From assembly GCA_964588985.1 (NCBI GenBank), contig CAZPQW010000004.1, positions 32,001 through 96,000 of the forward strand: 64,000 nucleotides of DNA. The letters run 5' to 3'. Within the stretch, counting starts at the first letter, position 1. Every line of letters begins with the position of its first letter. Under the pieces are notes generated by a model that saw only the letters and a list, made by a program, of their open reading frames with translations, was not told where the DNA came from and ran no database searches. This DNA comes from an uncultured Solirubrobacteraceae bacterium. Lineage in GTDB: Bacteria > Actinomycetota > Thermoleophilia > Solirubrobacterales > Solirubrobacteraceae. The translations under genes and the position numbers were made by a program. Below are positions 1 to 8,802 of the stretch, in pieces.

Positions 1-1
1 C

Positions 2-223
2 CGTCAGGGCTACCACCTCGATGCGCAGCGGATCGACTGTCCGGTTCGGGTCGTATGGGGGACGCAGGACAGGCTGCTGGCGTGGCCATTCTCCGCGGTG
101 CGCTTTCGCGAGGAGTGGCTTGCGCACGCCGACTGGGTCGAGTTGGAAGAAGTGGGTCACTGCCCGCAGCTCGACGTCCCGCTCGTGGCGGCGCAGCTGA
201 TCGTGGGGTTCACGGCCGGTTGA
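2..223 (+). CDS. alpha/beta hydrolase, C-terminal fragment (5' truncated by window)
   Basis: Frame 2 reads ..IDCPVRVVWGTQDRLL..ELEEVGHCPQLDVP..stop at 221-223; typical hydrolase acid (WGxxD) and His (GHxP) motifs. Confidence 0.8.
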   Translation, partial: RQGYHLDAQRIDCPVRVVWGTQDRLLAWPFSAVRFREEWLAHADWVELEEVGHCPQLDVPLVAAQLIVGFTAG

Positions 224-336
224 CGGCCGCGCCTGCGCGTGGACACGTCTGAACTCGACTCCGGAGGGTCGGGTTTCTCCGGTCCGATGCCGAGGGTTTT
301 CGCGGTTTCGCGCGGAGGGCCGGCGGGCTACGGTCG

Positions 337-1773
337 GTGCAGATGGCGAGCGTTCGAAATCCATTGGCTTGCTTTGCGCTGACGTTGGGCGCCGTAGTTG
401 CGACGCTGTCAGGCTGGGCGCCGGTGGCGCAGGCTGGCTGGTCGGCGCCGCGGGTGGTGGCATCTGCCCTGCCCTTGCACGTGGGCAGCGGCTACGTATC
501 CGCGATCGTCGGCCGTGTGGCCGTCGACTCGCACGGCGATGTGGCGGTGGCCTGGTCGAGGACCGGGGCGCGGCCGGCTGAGTATCGGGGCCGGCGCTGC
601 TCGTGGACGTCGGGGAAGCCGAAGCGGTTGGGTTGCTACCCGGTGACCACGGTGCATCTCACGGTTGTGACGGCGAATGGGCACACGATCACCCGCGTGG
701 TGAGCTCTGCGCGGGCCGAGGAGCTGCTCGGGGTCGTGCTCAGCCCTTCGGAGGCGACGGTGCTGCTCGGGTACGCGACGCCCCGGATCGACTCCCCGGG
801 CGGAGTGCGTGTCGCCTACGGCCCGCTGATCGGGCGCTGGTCCGCGCCTCAGTCGATCAGTGGGCGCTGGAGCATCGGGTGGACGAACGCGCGTCCCGGG
901 GCGCAGCCGAATCTCGCGCTGTCCCCGGATGGCACAGTGCTGGTCGCCTGGAACGGGTGCCTGACGCAATATGCGTGCTACGGCATCGTCGGCGAAGGGT
1001 ACGCACAGCAGCGGGTCGTGGTCGCGTGGCATCGCCCCGGACGCCCATTCGGCCCGCCGACGGTGGTGCGCGCGGCGCCGCTCGGGTCAGTTCCGCAGTT
1101 CGACGCCGCCGGGACCACATACCTATCCAGCAGATGCAGCGGGACCGTGGCGATCGCACCGGCGCACAGACGGCGCTTCACCCACACGATCGTGACCAGA
1201 GGGGCAGCGAAGTCATTCACGCTCGCCCTGTCCGGCGCAGGACAGGGGCTCGCAGCGTGGGTCTCCGGAGCCTGTTCCTATGACGAAACGACACCGCCCC
1301 AGAGCGGGACCTTGCTCGCGAGTCTCCTGCGAGCGAGACGGTTCGCTACACCGTTCGCGCTCACCTCCGCGCCAGCGGAATCGGCCGATGCGGCCGCCAC
1401 TGCCCCTGGCGTCACCGTCAGCTGGCATGTCCGCACAGCCAACCAGACAGAAGAACCGTTCAGCGTCCAGATTGGCGCCAACGGCCTCCCGGGTGCGACG
1501 CAGCAGGGCGCCAACGCAGTGATTCCCATCACCGCCGACGGTCGCGGCGACGTGGTGTGCCGAGGCGGGCGAGCAGCGAACACCTATGGAGTCGGAGCAC
1601 CAAGCCCCGGTCCACTCGCCGACAAGCTGTTCGTTAGACCTGCTGGCGGCGGTCTCGATCAGCCGGCGCCCGCACCCTTCGGGGAAATCGCCACTGCTCC
1701 AGCCGAGCGCACGATCGCAGAGATCTGGTCCCCGGACACGAGGCAGCTGGACCTATCGATCTGGCGCCCGTGA
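337..1773 (+). CDS. secreted hypothetical protein (possibly beta-rich/propeller-like)
   Basis: 478-aa ORF, signal peptide ending AQA, repeated 'D..G...VAW' blade-like motifs; start may be 343. Confidence 0.7.
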   Translation: MQMASVRNPLACFALTLGAVVATLSGWAPVAQAGWSAPRVVASALPLHVGSGYVSAIVGRVAVDSHGDVAVAWSRTGARPAEYRGRRCSWTSGKPKRLGCYPVTTVHLTVVTANGHTITRVVSSARAEELLGVVLSPSEATVLLGYATPRIDSPGGVRVAYGPLIGRWSAPQSISGRWSIGWTNARPGAQPNLALSPDGTVLVAWNGCLTQYACYGIVGEGYAQQRVVVAWHRPGRPFGPPTVVRAAPLGSVPQFDAAGTTYLSSRCSGTVAIAPAHRRRFTHTIVTRGAAKSFTLALSGAGQGLAAWVSGACSYDETTPPQSGTLLASLLRARRFATPFALTSAPAESADAAATAPGVTVSWHVRTANQTEEPFSVQIGANGLPGATQQGANAVIPITADGRGDVVCRGGRAANTYGVGAPSPGPLADKLFVRPAGGGLDQPAPAPFGEIATAPAERTIAEIWSPDTRQLDLSIWRP

Positions 1774-1855
1774 CAGGCGCTGGCGTAGCGACGGCGGGCG
1801 GCCACGTCCCAAACGCTGCACTAGCATCCATTTGAATCCGGTGAAAGGGGACAAG

Positions 1856-2344
1856 TTGGCTGTCGGCGCGAGCATTTCCAAGGCTGTGGTCCGCGGGATC
1901 GACGATCTACGGGCGCTGCAGGATCAGGTTGTTGGCCCGAGCGCGTGGTGCGAGGTGACGCAGGAGATGGTCAACCAGTTCGCGGATCTCACCGGCGATC
2001 ATCAATGGATCCACGTGGACGTGGAGCGCGCGAAGGTGGAGAGCCCGTTCGGTACGACCATCGCCCACGGCAACTTGACGCTGGGGCTGATCGACGGCCT
2101 GCGTCGAGACCTGAGCGAGTGGAGCGGCTTCAAGCTCGGCGTCAACTACGGCTGGAACAAGGTTCGCTTCCCGGCTCCCGTGCTCGTCGGCGCGAAGCTG
2201 CGCTGCTACTCCCAGTTCATCGAGGTCTCAGAGGTCGGCGGTGGCTGGTACCAGGTGGTCACCCGCGTCACCGTCGAGGCTGAGGGCGGCGAGAAGCCGG
2301 TGTGCGTGGCCGACAGCGTGGGGCGCCTGCTCGTCGACGACTGA
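1856..2344 (+). CDS. MaoC family dehydratase (hotdog fold)
   Basis: FADLTGDHQWIHVD..PFGTTIAHG, GVNYG.NKVRFPAPV; TTG start after AAAGGGG. Confidence 0.9.
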   Translation: MAVGASISKAVVRGIDDLRALQDQVVGPSAWCEVTQEMVNQFADLTGDHQWIHVDVERAKVESPFGTTIAHGNLTLGLIDGLRRDLSEWSGFKLGVNYGWNKVRFPAPVLVGAKLRCYSQFIEVSEVGGGWYQVVTRVTVEAEGGEKPVCVADSVGRLLVDD

Positions 2345-2368
2345 CTTTCCGGGGGCGATGCTAACCTC

Positions 2369-2394
2369 AACATGTGACCGTATGGTAACGTGTT
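2369..2394. promoter_or_regulatory. imperfect inverted repeat, probable ArsR autoregulatory operator
   Basis: AACATGTGACC-gtat-GGTAACGTGTT abutting the ArsR start codon. Confidence 0.5.
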
Positions 2395-2736
2395 ATGGAT
2401 GAGATGGACGCGGTGTTCAAGGCCCTTGCCGATCCGACGCGCCGGAGCCTGCTCGATGAGCTGTTCAAGCAGGACGGGCAGACGTTGACTGCCCTGGAGC
2501 AGAGGTTCTCGCTGTCGCGCTTCACCGTGATGAAGCACCTCAAGGTGCTCGAGGAGGCGGGTCTGGTGACCACGAAACGACGTGGGCGCGAGAAGCTTCA
2601 CTTCCTCAACCCCGTGCCGATCAGGCTCGTCCACGACCGGTGGGTGAGCAAGTACGCAGAGCCCTGGGCGCAAGCGCTCAGCGAGCTTAAGACAAAGATC
2701 GAGGAGGACGACGCAGATGAGCGCACAGAGCGGTAA
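2395..2736 (+). CDS. ArsR/SmtB family transcriptional regulator
   Basis: VFKALADPTRRSLL..HLKVLEEAGLV..RRGRE HTH. Confidence 0.92.
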   Translation: MDEMDAVFKALADPTRRSLLDELFKQDGQTLTALEQRFSLSRFTVMKHLKVLEEAGLVTTKRRGREKLHFLNPVPIRLVHDRWVSKYAEPWAQALSELKTKIEEDDADERTER

Positions 2737-3202
2737 GCGGCCGTGGACGGCCGAGCCGACGGAGAAGGTGTTCGAGATCTACATCAAAACCACGCCCGAG
2801 CGGCTGTGGGAGGCGATCACCGACGAAGGGATGCGACAGCGCTACAACTTCGGCGTCGGGGTGGTCACCGACTGGAAGCAGGGCTCCGGGTACACGCTTT
2901 CGCACCCGCGCGGGGGCAACATCGCGGCGGGAGAGAACCTCGAGGTCGACCCGCCGCTGCGACTCGTGCAGAGCTTCGCCGCGCTGTGGAGCGATGACGT
3001 CAAGAACGAAGGCACCTCGAGGGTCACGTGGGAGATCGAACCGGTGGGCGACTCCTGCCGGCTGACCGTCACCCACGACCAGCTCGGCGAGGACGCCAAC
3101 AGCGAGATCTACGGCGGCTGGCCGATGATCCTCTCCGGCCTGAAGACGCTGCTCGAGACCGGCGAGACGCTCACCACGCCAGGCTCGCTTCGCTACGCGT
3201 GA
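2717..3202 (+). CDS. SRPBCC (AHSA1-like) domain protein
   Basis: IYIKTTPERLWEAITD..GWPMILSGLKTLLETG; GAGGAGG RBS upstream. Confidence 0.88.
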   Translation: MSAQSGKRPWTAEPTEKVFEIYIKTTPERLWEAITDEGMRQRYNFGVGVVTDWKQGSGYTLSHPRGGNIAAGENLEVDPPLRLVQSFAALWSDDVKNEGTSRVTWEIEPVGDSCRLTVTHDQLGEDANSEIYGGWPMILSGLKTLLETGETLTTPGSLRYA

Positions 3203-3212
3203 ATGTGAGAAA

Positions 3213-3632
3213 ATGGAACTCATGAGCGAAGCCGTCGATCGCTATCGCGCGTCATCGGAGTCCAACGACATCGACGCGCTCATGCAGACGCTCGCTCCGG
3301 GCATCGAGTTGGTTTCGCCGATCTCCGGCCGGATGGTGTTCCGCGGCGAGCGGGACGTACGGATCCTGCTCACCGCGGTGTACGGGACCCTGAAGGGCTG
3401 GCGCTGGCGTGAAGCGATCGGCGAGGGCTCGACGCGCGTGGTCGTGGGCGACGGCTCGATTGGCCCGTTCAAGCTGGGGGACTCGATGGTGTTCGAGCTG
3501 GCGCAGGACGGACGGATCGAGCGGATCAGACCATACCTGCGCCCGTGGCTCGGGTTGACGGTCTTCGCGCTGATCCTCGGGTCGAAGGTCGCCCGACACC
3601 CCGGGGTGGTGCTGCGCGCGTTGCGCGGGTAG
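3213..3632 (+). CDS. NTF2-like/SnoaL-like protein
   Basis: DIDALMQTLAPGIELVSPI..F.G..DGRIERIR pattern; start may be 3222. Confidence 0.75.
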   Translation: MELMSEAVDRYRASSESNDIDALMQTLAPGIELVSPISGRMVFRGERDVRILLTAVYGTLKGWRWREAIGEGSTRVVVGDGSIGPFKLGDSMVFELAQDGRIERIRPYLRPWLGLTVFALILGSKVARHPGVVLRALRG

Positions 3633-3638
3633 CTGGAT

Positions 3639-4268
3639 CTAGGAGCCGCGCCGCGCGCTGCCGAGCACGAACGGGATACCGAGCGATCCCGGGCCCGAGC
3701 TGAAACGCTTGACGCGTTCGACGACGAAGCCGGCGGCGGAGATCGCGCCGACCGTGTCGCGCGCGAGATGGCAGCCGGCGCCCAGCTGCGGCCAGATGCC
3801 GGTGCGGTCGAGGCTCCTCTGCACCGCCTGCCCGACGCTCCGTTCGGCGACGACGTGCTCGAAGAAGCGCAGCTCTCCGTCCGGCGCGAGGACCCGATGG
3901 AGCTCCGCAAGCACCGTCTGCTGGTCGCTCACCGAGCACAGCACGAGCGAGCTGATGGCCGAGTCGCACGTGCCGTCCTCGACCGGCAGCAGCTCGGCGA
4001 CGCCGTCGACCACGGCGATCGGGACGGGTGCGCTCCGCGCGGCGGCGGAGGCGATCTGTCGCAGGTAGGGCTCGGGCTCGATGGCGAGCACGTCGCGGAC
4101 CTCGGGCGGGTAGTGGACGAAGTTGCGCCCGTCGCCCGCGCCGACCTCGACCACGCGTCCGCTCAGGCCGGCGAGCAGCTCGCGGCGCTGGCGCTCCGTA
4201 CCCACCTTCCCCGACATGCGCGCCCATACGCGCGCGAACACCGGATGCCGGGCTCCATTCGAGCTCAT
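3639..4268 (-). CDS. class I SAM-dependent methyltransferase
   Basis: VVEVGAGDG motif I, LVLCSV..LAPDG..FFEHV; ATGA overlap with TetR stop. Confidence 0.9.
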   Translation of the reverse strand: MSSNGARHPVFARVWARMSGKVGTERQRRELLAGLSGRVVEVGAGDGRNFVHYPPEVRDVLAIEPEPYLRQIASAAARSAPVPIAVVDGVAELLPVEDGTCDSAISSLVLCSVSDQQTVLAELHRVLAPDGELRFFEHVVAERSVGQAVQRSLDRTGIWPQLGAGCHLARDTVGAISAAGFVVERVKRFSSGPGSLGIPFVLGSARRGS

Positions 4269-4864
4269 ACGCCGGCGCCGACCGCGCGGCGGACGAAGGA
4301 ACGCATCGACGCCGCGATCTCTGCGCTCGACGGCGGATGGCCGGCGAGGGGGGAGAGGGGGCCGACGAGCGCCTCGCCGACCCCGCCGACGAGCGCGGCG
4401 GCGGTGAAGTCGACGTTCTGCTCGGGGACCTCCCCGGCCGCGATCGCCGCGCGCAGTCCCGCGGCGAGCAGGCTCGCGTAGTGGGAGCGGTAGGCGAGGC
4501 GCTCGGCGTCGACGAGCGGGTCGACCGGCTCGGCGATCAGCGCCCACGCGAGGCGCGGGTTGCGAAGCGCTCGCTCTGCGAAGGTCTGAAGGACGCTCTC
4601 GATGCGCTCGACCGTGCTGTCCACATCCCGCTCCGCGGCCTCCCTGCCGACCTCGAGCTCGCGCTGGCAGACGGTGCGAAACAGCTCCACGAACAGCTCC
4701 GCCTTCGACGGGAAGTGCCGATAGAGCGTGCCCGACGCGAGTCCCGCCCGTTGCGTGATCGCGACCACCGACGCGGCCGCGTAGCCGCCCTCTTCGGTGA
4801 GCTCGCGAGCCGCGCTCAGGAGCCGCTCGCGCGTCGTTGCCTCTGCTATCCCAGAGCTGCTCAT
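4265..4864 (-). CDS. TetR/AcrR family regulator
   Basis: N-terminal HTH GLASGTLYRHFPSKAELF. Confidence 0.93.
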   Translation of the reverse strand: MSSSGIAEATTRERLLSAARELTEEGGYAAASVVAITQRAGLASGTLYRHFPSKAELFVELFRTVCQRELEVGREAAERDVDSTVERIESVLQTFAERALRNPRLAWALIAEPVDPLVDAERLAYRSHYASLLAAGLRAAIAAGEVPEQNVDFTAAALVGGVGEALVGPLSPLAGHPPSSAEIAASMRSFVRRAVGAGV

Positions 4865-6489
4865 GCGGCGAGCGCCCGCTCGACGATCGCGCCCGCGTCG
4901 ACGCCCACCGGCAGCGTGCCGTAGGCGCGCCCGCCCTGCCCACCGAGGCGCGCCGCGCAGAACGCGTCAGCCACCGCGGCCGGCGCGTGGCGCACGAGCA
5001 GGCTGCCCTGCAGTGCGAATCCGAGGTCCTCGACGAGCCCGCGCGCTTGGAACTGCGCGTCCGCGAGGCGCTGCTCGATCGGTTGCGAGTCCTCGCCCGC
5101 GAACAGCGCCGACGTACGCTCGGCGATCGAGTCGACGTGCGCGTCCAGGTGCCTGTTCGCGCCTGACGCGAGCCTGCACTCCTCGAGGAACGCGGGCAGG
5201 CCCTCAGGCTCCCGCGCCATCGCGCGCAGCACGTCGAGCGCGGCCACATTGCCCGAGCCCTCCCAGATGCCGGCGAGCGGCGCGTCGCGGTAGAGCAGCG
5301 GTAGCCCGGAGTCCTCCACGAACCCGTTGCCGCCGAGGCACTCCAGCGACTCGGCCGCGTGGGCGGCGGCGCGCTTGCACACGTGGTACTTCGCGACCGC
5401 TGTGCCGAAGCGCCTGAACGCAGGTTCGTCGCGGTCGTAGGAGCTTGCGATCCGAAGCGCGGTGACGGTCGCCGCCTCGGACTCGATCGCGAGGTCCGCG
5501 AGCACGTTGCGCATCGCGGGCTGCTCCACCAGCGGCGCGCCGAACGCCGAGCGGTGGCGCGTGTGGTGGATCGCCTCGACCACGCCGCGGCGCATGCCCG
5601 TGGCGGTTCCCATCAGACAGTCCAGACGGGTGTGGTTGACCATGCGGATGATCGCCTTCACACCGCGACCCTCCTGGCCGACGAGCCGTCCGCGGATGCC
5701 GCGGAACTCGACCTCGCTGGAGGGCAGCGAGCGGGTGCCGAGCTTGTCCTTCAGGCGCTGGAACTCCATCCCCGGACCGCGCTCCACGAGGAAGCACGAC
5801 AGCCCCGCGGGCGCCTGCGCGAGCACGAGGAACACGTCGCACGGGGGGTAGGAGCAGAACCACTTGTGCCCGTGCAGCTCGTACTCGCCGTCGCCCATGG
5901 GCTCCGCGCGGGTGATGTTCGCGCGCACGTCCGAGCCGCCCTGGCGCTCGGTCATCGCCATGCCCGCGAGCGCGCCCTGCTCGTAGTCGGGGAGCGTCAG
6001 GCGCCCTTCCCACTGCGCCGCTAGCTCCGGCGCGGCCTCGCGCAGCGCGGGCACGACCGCGTAGGTCATCGACACGGGGCACATCACGCCGCCGTTCGCG
6101 TTCGACCACATCATGAACATCGCGCCGCGCACCACGTGCGCGCCCACCTGCGGCTCGCGCCACGGAAGCGCGTGAATCCCGTGCTCGATCGCGCGCGCGA
6201 GCAGCCAGTGCCACGAGGGGTCGAGGTCGACCTCGTCGACGCGTTTGCCGAAGCGGTCGTAGGGGACCAGGCGCGGCTCGTTGCGCTCGGCGCGACGCGA
6301 GTGCTCGCGCGCCTCGGGGCTGCCCGCGAGCCGGCTGACGGCGCCGATGCGCTCGACTCCCCACGCTCCGTCGCCGCGTGCGACGGCCTCCTGCAGCGCC
6401 GCATCCGCGCCGAAGTGGTCGAACGGCTCGAGTTCAACGGACTGGTTGAGGACCTCGCGGACGGGCGAGGCGGAGGCTGTGATCGTCAT
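4861..6489 (-). CDS. AidB-like acyl-CoA dehydrogenase
   Basis: EVLNQ N-terminus, GMAMTERQGGSDV, GHKWFCS, LKDKLG.RS, IWEGSGNV. Confidence 0.9.
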   Translation of the reverse strand: MTITASASPVREVLNQSVELEPFDHFGADAALQEAVARGDGAWGVERIGAVSRLAGSPEAREHSRRAERNEPRLVPYDRFGKRVDEVDLDPSWHWLLARAIEHGIHALPWREPQVGAHVVRGAMFMMWSNANGGVMCPVSMTYAVVPALREAAPELAAQWEGRLTLPDYEQGALAGMAMTERQGGSDVRANITRAEPMGDGEYELHGHKWFCSYPPCDVFLVLAQAPAGLSCFLVERGPGMEFQRLKDKLGTRSLPSSEVEFRGIRGRLVGQEGRGVKAIIRMVNHTRLDCLMGTATGMRRGVVEAIHHTRHRSAFGAPLVEQPAMRNVLADLAIESEAATVTALRIASSYDRDEPAFRRFGTAVAKYHVCKRAAAHAAESLECLGGNGFVEDSGLPLLYRDAPLAGIWEGSGNVAALDVLRAMAREPEGLPAFLEECRLASGANRHLDAHVDSIAERTSALFAGEDSQPIEQRLADAQFQARGLVEDLGFALQGSLLVRHAPAAVADAFCAARLGGQGGRAYGTLPVGVDAGAIVERALAA

Positions 6490-6523
6490 CGGTGTCCCTC
6501 CGGGAAGTGTCGCGAAAACTGAT

Positions 6524-6562
6524 GTGAATCGAGATTCGCAAGCGTAGCGAATCCGGATTCAC
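6524..6562 (-). promoter_or_regulatory. two palindromic operators flanking a -10 box (probable TetR sites)
   Basis: GTGAATCgaGATTCGC (6524-6539) and GCGAATCcgGATTCAC (6547-6562), with TACGCT on the minus strand at 6541-6546. Confidence 0.7.
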
Positions 6563-6620
6563 AGTGCAACGGGCACAGGCGTGGCTCCCGACTGTGCGGC
6601 TGCGAATTGCGCGCACTCGA

Positions 6621-7580
6621 CTACTCGCGTTGAAACACCCGTGGCAACGCAACGCCTATCACGCCGATCAGGAGCAGGGCCAAGGGCCAGCCGGCGAGCG
6701 CGCTGGGCGTCGCTTCGCTCGTGCTGCCTTCGCCGACACGCACGCTCACATCAACGGCAAAAGCTAGCAGTCCAACAGCACCCACATAGCCCAGGCCGCG
6801 CGCCCGCACGCGAGCGGCGAGCCACACCAACAGCGCTGAGACGATGAGCAGATAGAGGTCCCAGCCAAAGCTCTGAAAGCTCTGGAAGCTCTGTGTGTGG
6901 TGGTCGAAGCTGGTCGATATGCCATTGCCGTTGGAGGCGGCGGCGAACAAGCCTCCAAACGTCCCTTCCAGGGCAGCGTTAATCACACCCAGCACACCCG
7001 CTGCCACGGCGACGAGGCCGCCAACCGTCGCGAGCTCACGCGACCCGATCGCACTCGCGCGAGCCAACCCAGCGGCGGCAGCGAAGAGCAGCATCGCGGC
7101 GAGAATCATAAGCCAACGCGTGGCGCTGGCTGATTGGTGCGGGATGATGGCTTCCCAGACGAACTCCCACGCGATAAAAGCCGCCAAGCCCGCGAGCAAT
7201 GCGGCGTAGGCCACTCGCAGGCGTCGGGCGGTGTAGGCGGCCAGTAGAGCGCTGAGGGCGAACGCCGCGACCCAGTAGATCGCGCTTGTCGCCCCGATCA
7301 GGCTCGCGAACGCGAATATGGCCCCGCTGCCGAGCAGGATCGCGGCGATGGCGAGCACCGAGGTCGCGGGGCGCGCACGGTCCTCTCCGGTCGGCGGCTC
7401 ATCTCGCAGGGCCTGCTCGAAGAGGATCAACGCCGGAAACAGCAGAACGAGAAAGCGCTCGAGGTCGCTCGCCGTGCCGTTGGTGGACAGGCGCAGCAGC
7501 CAAACCGCGGCGCCGACGGCGAACAGAGTCGCGCCGAGAGCACGCGCGAGGTCCGCGAGATCCCGACGGGAAAGTTCCAT
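6621..7580 (-). CDS. multi-pass membrane protein, unknown function
   Basis: about 10 hydrophobic segments; alternative start 7601. Confidence 0.75.
   Translation of the reverse strand: MELSRRDLADLARALGATLFAVGAAVWLLRLSTNGTASDLERFLVLLFPALILFEQALRDEPPTGEDRARPATSVLAIAAILLGSGAIFAFASLIGATSAIYWVAAFALSALLAAYTARRLRVAYAALLAGLAAFIAWEFVWEAIIPHQSASATRWLMILAAMLLFAAAAGLARASAIGSRELATVGGLVAVAAGVLGVINAALEGTFGGLFAAASNGNGISTSFDHHTQSFQSFQSFGWDLYLLIVSALLVWLAARVRARGLGYVGAVGLLAFAVDVSVRVGEGSTSEATPSALAGWPLALLLIGVIGVALPRVFQRE
6867..6893. repeat. 3 x 9-bp in-frame tandem repeat (QSF x3)
   Basis: aaagctctg aaagctctg gaagctctg inside the membrane protein gene. Confidence 0.7.
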
Positions 7581-7686
7581 GTGCGCAGCCTGATCGATCA
7601 ATCGGACGGCAGTCTCAGCCTCTCGAGCTCGCCGCTTTACGCCTCGCGAAAACGCGACCAGCTCGCACCGTCGCTCGGGCTAGCTG

Positions 7687-8007
7687 CTAGGCGGTCTCGC
7701 TGCTGAGCTCACCGTCGGCCTCGCCGTCTTCGCGCGAGGAGTTTTCCTCCTCGCTCGGTCCGCGATCGTGGAGGATCGCGTTCGTTGACCGCATGTCGCC
7801 GTGGGAGGCGTGCTCGATCAGCAGCTCCTCGGCCTGCTCGAAACCCTCCGACTCGCCACCGCCGCCCTCGATCACAGCCCGTTCGCGCGGGGGGAGGTTC
7901 TCGTCGCCGGCGACGCCGCCGATCCCGGCGGCTTCGCTCGCGGCCGCGTCGATCTCGGCCTGCTCCTCCACGGAGATCGGATCTGAGGACTGCGACTCTT
8001 CGCTCAT
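7687..8007 (-). CDS. small acidic hypothetical protein
   Basis: 106-aa E/D-rich ORF with GAGAGG RBS. Confidence 0.65.
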   Translation of the reverse strand: MSEESQSSDPISVEEQAEIDAAASEAAGIGGVAGDENLPPRERAVIEGGGGESEGFEQAEELLIEHASHGDMRSTNAILHDRGPSEEENSSREDGEADGELSSETA

Positions 8008-8157
8008 AGGGGCCTCTCGTCGGGGTCTGAAGTGGCGTTACCCGCCGCGCGGCCTGCGAGACGGCAGACCGTCAGTCTAGTCCCAGGCGAGACCCGCGAG
8101 AGAACCGGCTCGGTCGGGCGTTGCGCTGCCCATGCTCAGCGCAACGCCCGACCGGAA

Positions 8158-8622
8158 CTACCAGCTGGACCGTTCTCCTCCGCTACAGCCCCTCTTGCTG
8201 ATCGGGCTCACGCATTTGCGTTCGATCGAGCCCGTGGCGCTCCTGCTGATAGTCAATTCATCCCCGTTCGTTGCCGTGGCGGTGACCGTGTATTCGGTCG
8301 CGGTGCCGGTGGCGGCGCTCAGGTAGGCGTCGGTCGTGCTTGAAGCGATCCGAAGCGCCGGTTCCTCTTTGTTCAGTTCCGAAGGTTTCACCTTCGAGTA
8401 GGTGCCGTTGTTGTCAGTCGCGACCGTCTCGGCTGCCGTTTGGGCCATCACAACCACTTCCTTGGCCTGAGCGTCGATCGCCTTGTTCTTCTGGTTCAGG
8501 AAAGACGGGATCGCGATCGCCGCGAGGATGCCGATGACCAGCATCACAACCAGCAGCTCGAGAAGCGAGAAGCCACTCTCGTCCTGTGAGTGTCCCATGC
8601 GCTGCAAACGATCTGAAAACAA
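8158..8622 (-). CDS. type IV pilin (prepilin peptidase substrate)
   Basis: G|FSLLELLVVMLVIGILAAIAIPSF class III signal with E5; C-terminal Cys pair (KCVSPISKRGC); GGAGG before TTG. Confidence 0.92.
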   Translation of the reverse strand: MFSDRLQRMGHSQDESGFSLLELLVVMLVIGILAAIAIPSFLNQKNKAIDAQAKEVVVMAQTAAETVATDNNGTYSKVKPSELNKEEPALRIASSTTDAYLSAATGTATEYTVTATATNGDELTISRSATGSIERKCVSPISKRGCSGGERSSW

Positions 8623-8642
8623 GATAGCCCTCCGTGGCGTGT

Positions 8643-8717
8643 AACTGGCGGCCGAGCTATCTCATGGAGATCCCTGACTTTGCGCCCCCGTCTCGCGACG
8701 GGTTTGCCTTTGCAGTT
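8643..8717 (-). ncRNA. c-di-GMP-I (GEMM) riboswitch
   Basis: Minus strand AACTGCAAAGGCAAACCCGTC-GCGA-GACGGGGGCGCAAAGTCAGGGATCTCCATGAGATAGCTCGGCCGCCAGTT: GGCAAACC/GCGCAAAG core, GNRA loop, second hairpin, P1 AACTG/CAGTT. Confidence 0.85.
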
Positions 8718-8802
8718 TTTGGTTGGTGCGGATACTTTGCACCACACTTGCCTGTGTGTGTGAAAACTGGACGCATGTTCTAGGGAGAACGCCGAAGGCG
8801 AG

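Noticed and set aside
6867-6893. 9-bp tandem repeat as a phase-variation switch
   Set aside because: In-frame and only three copies, so it would change loop length only
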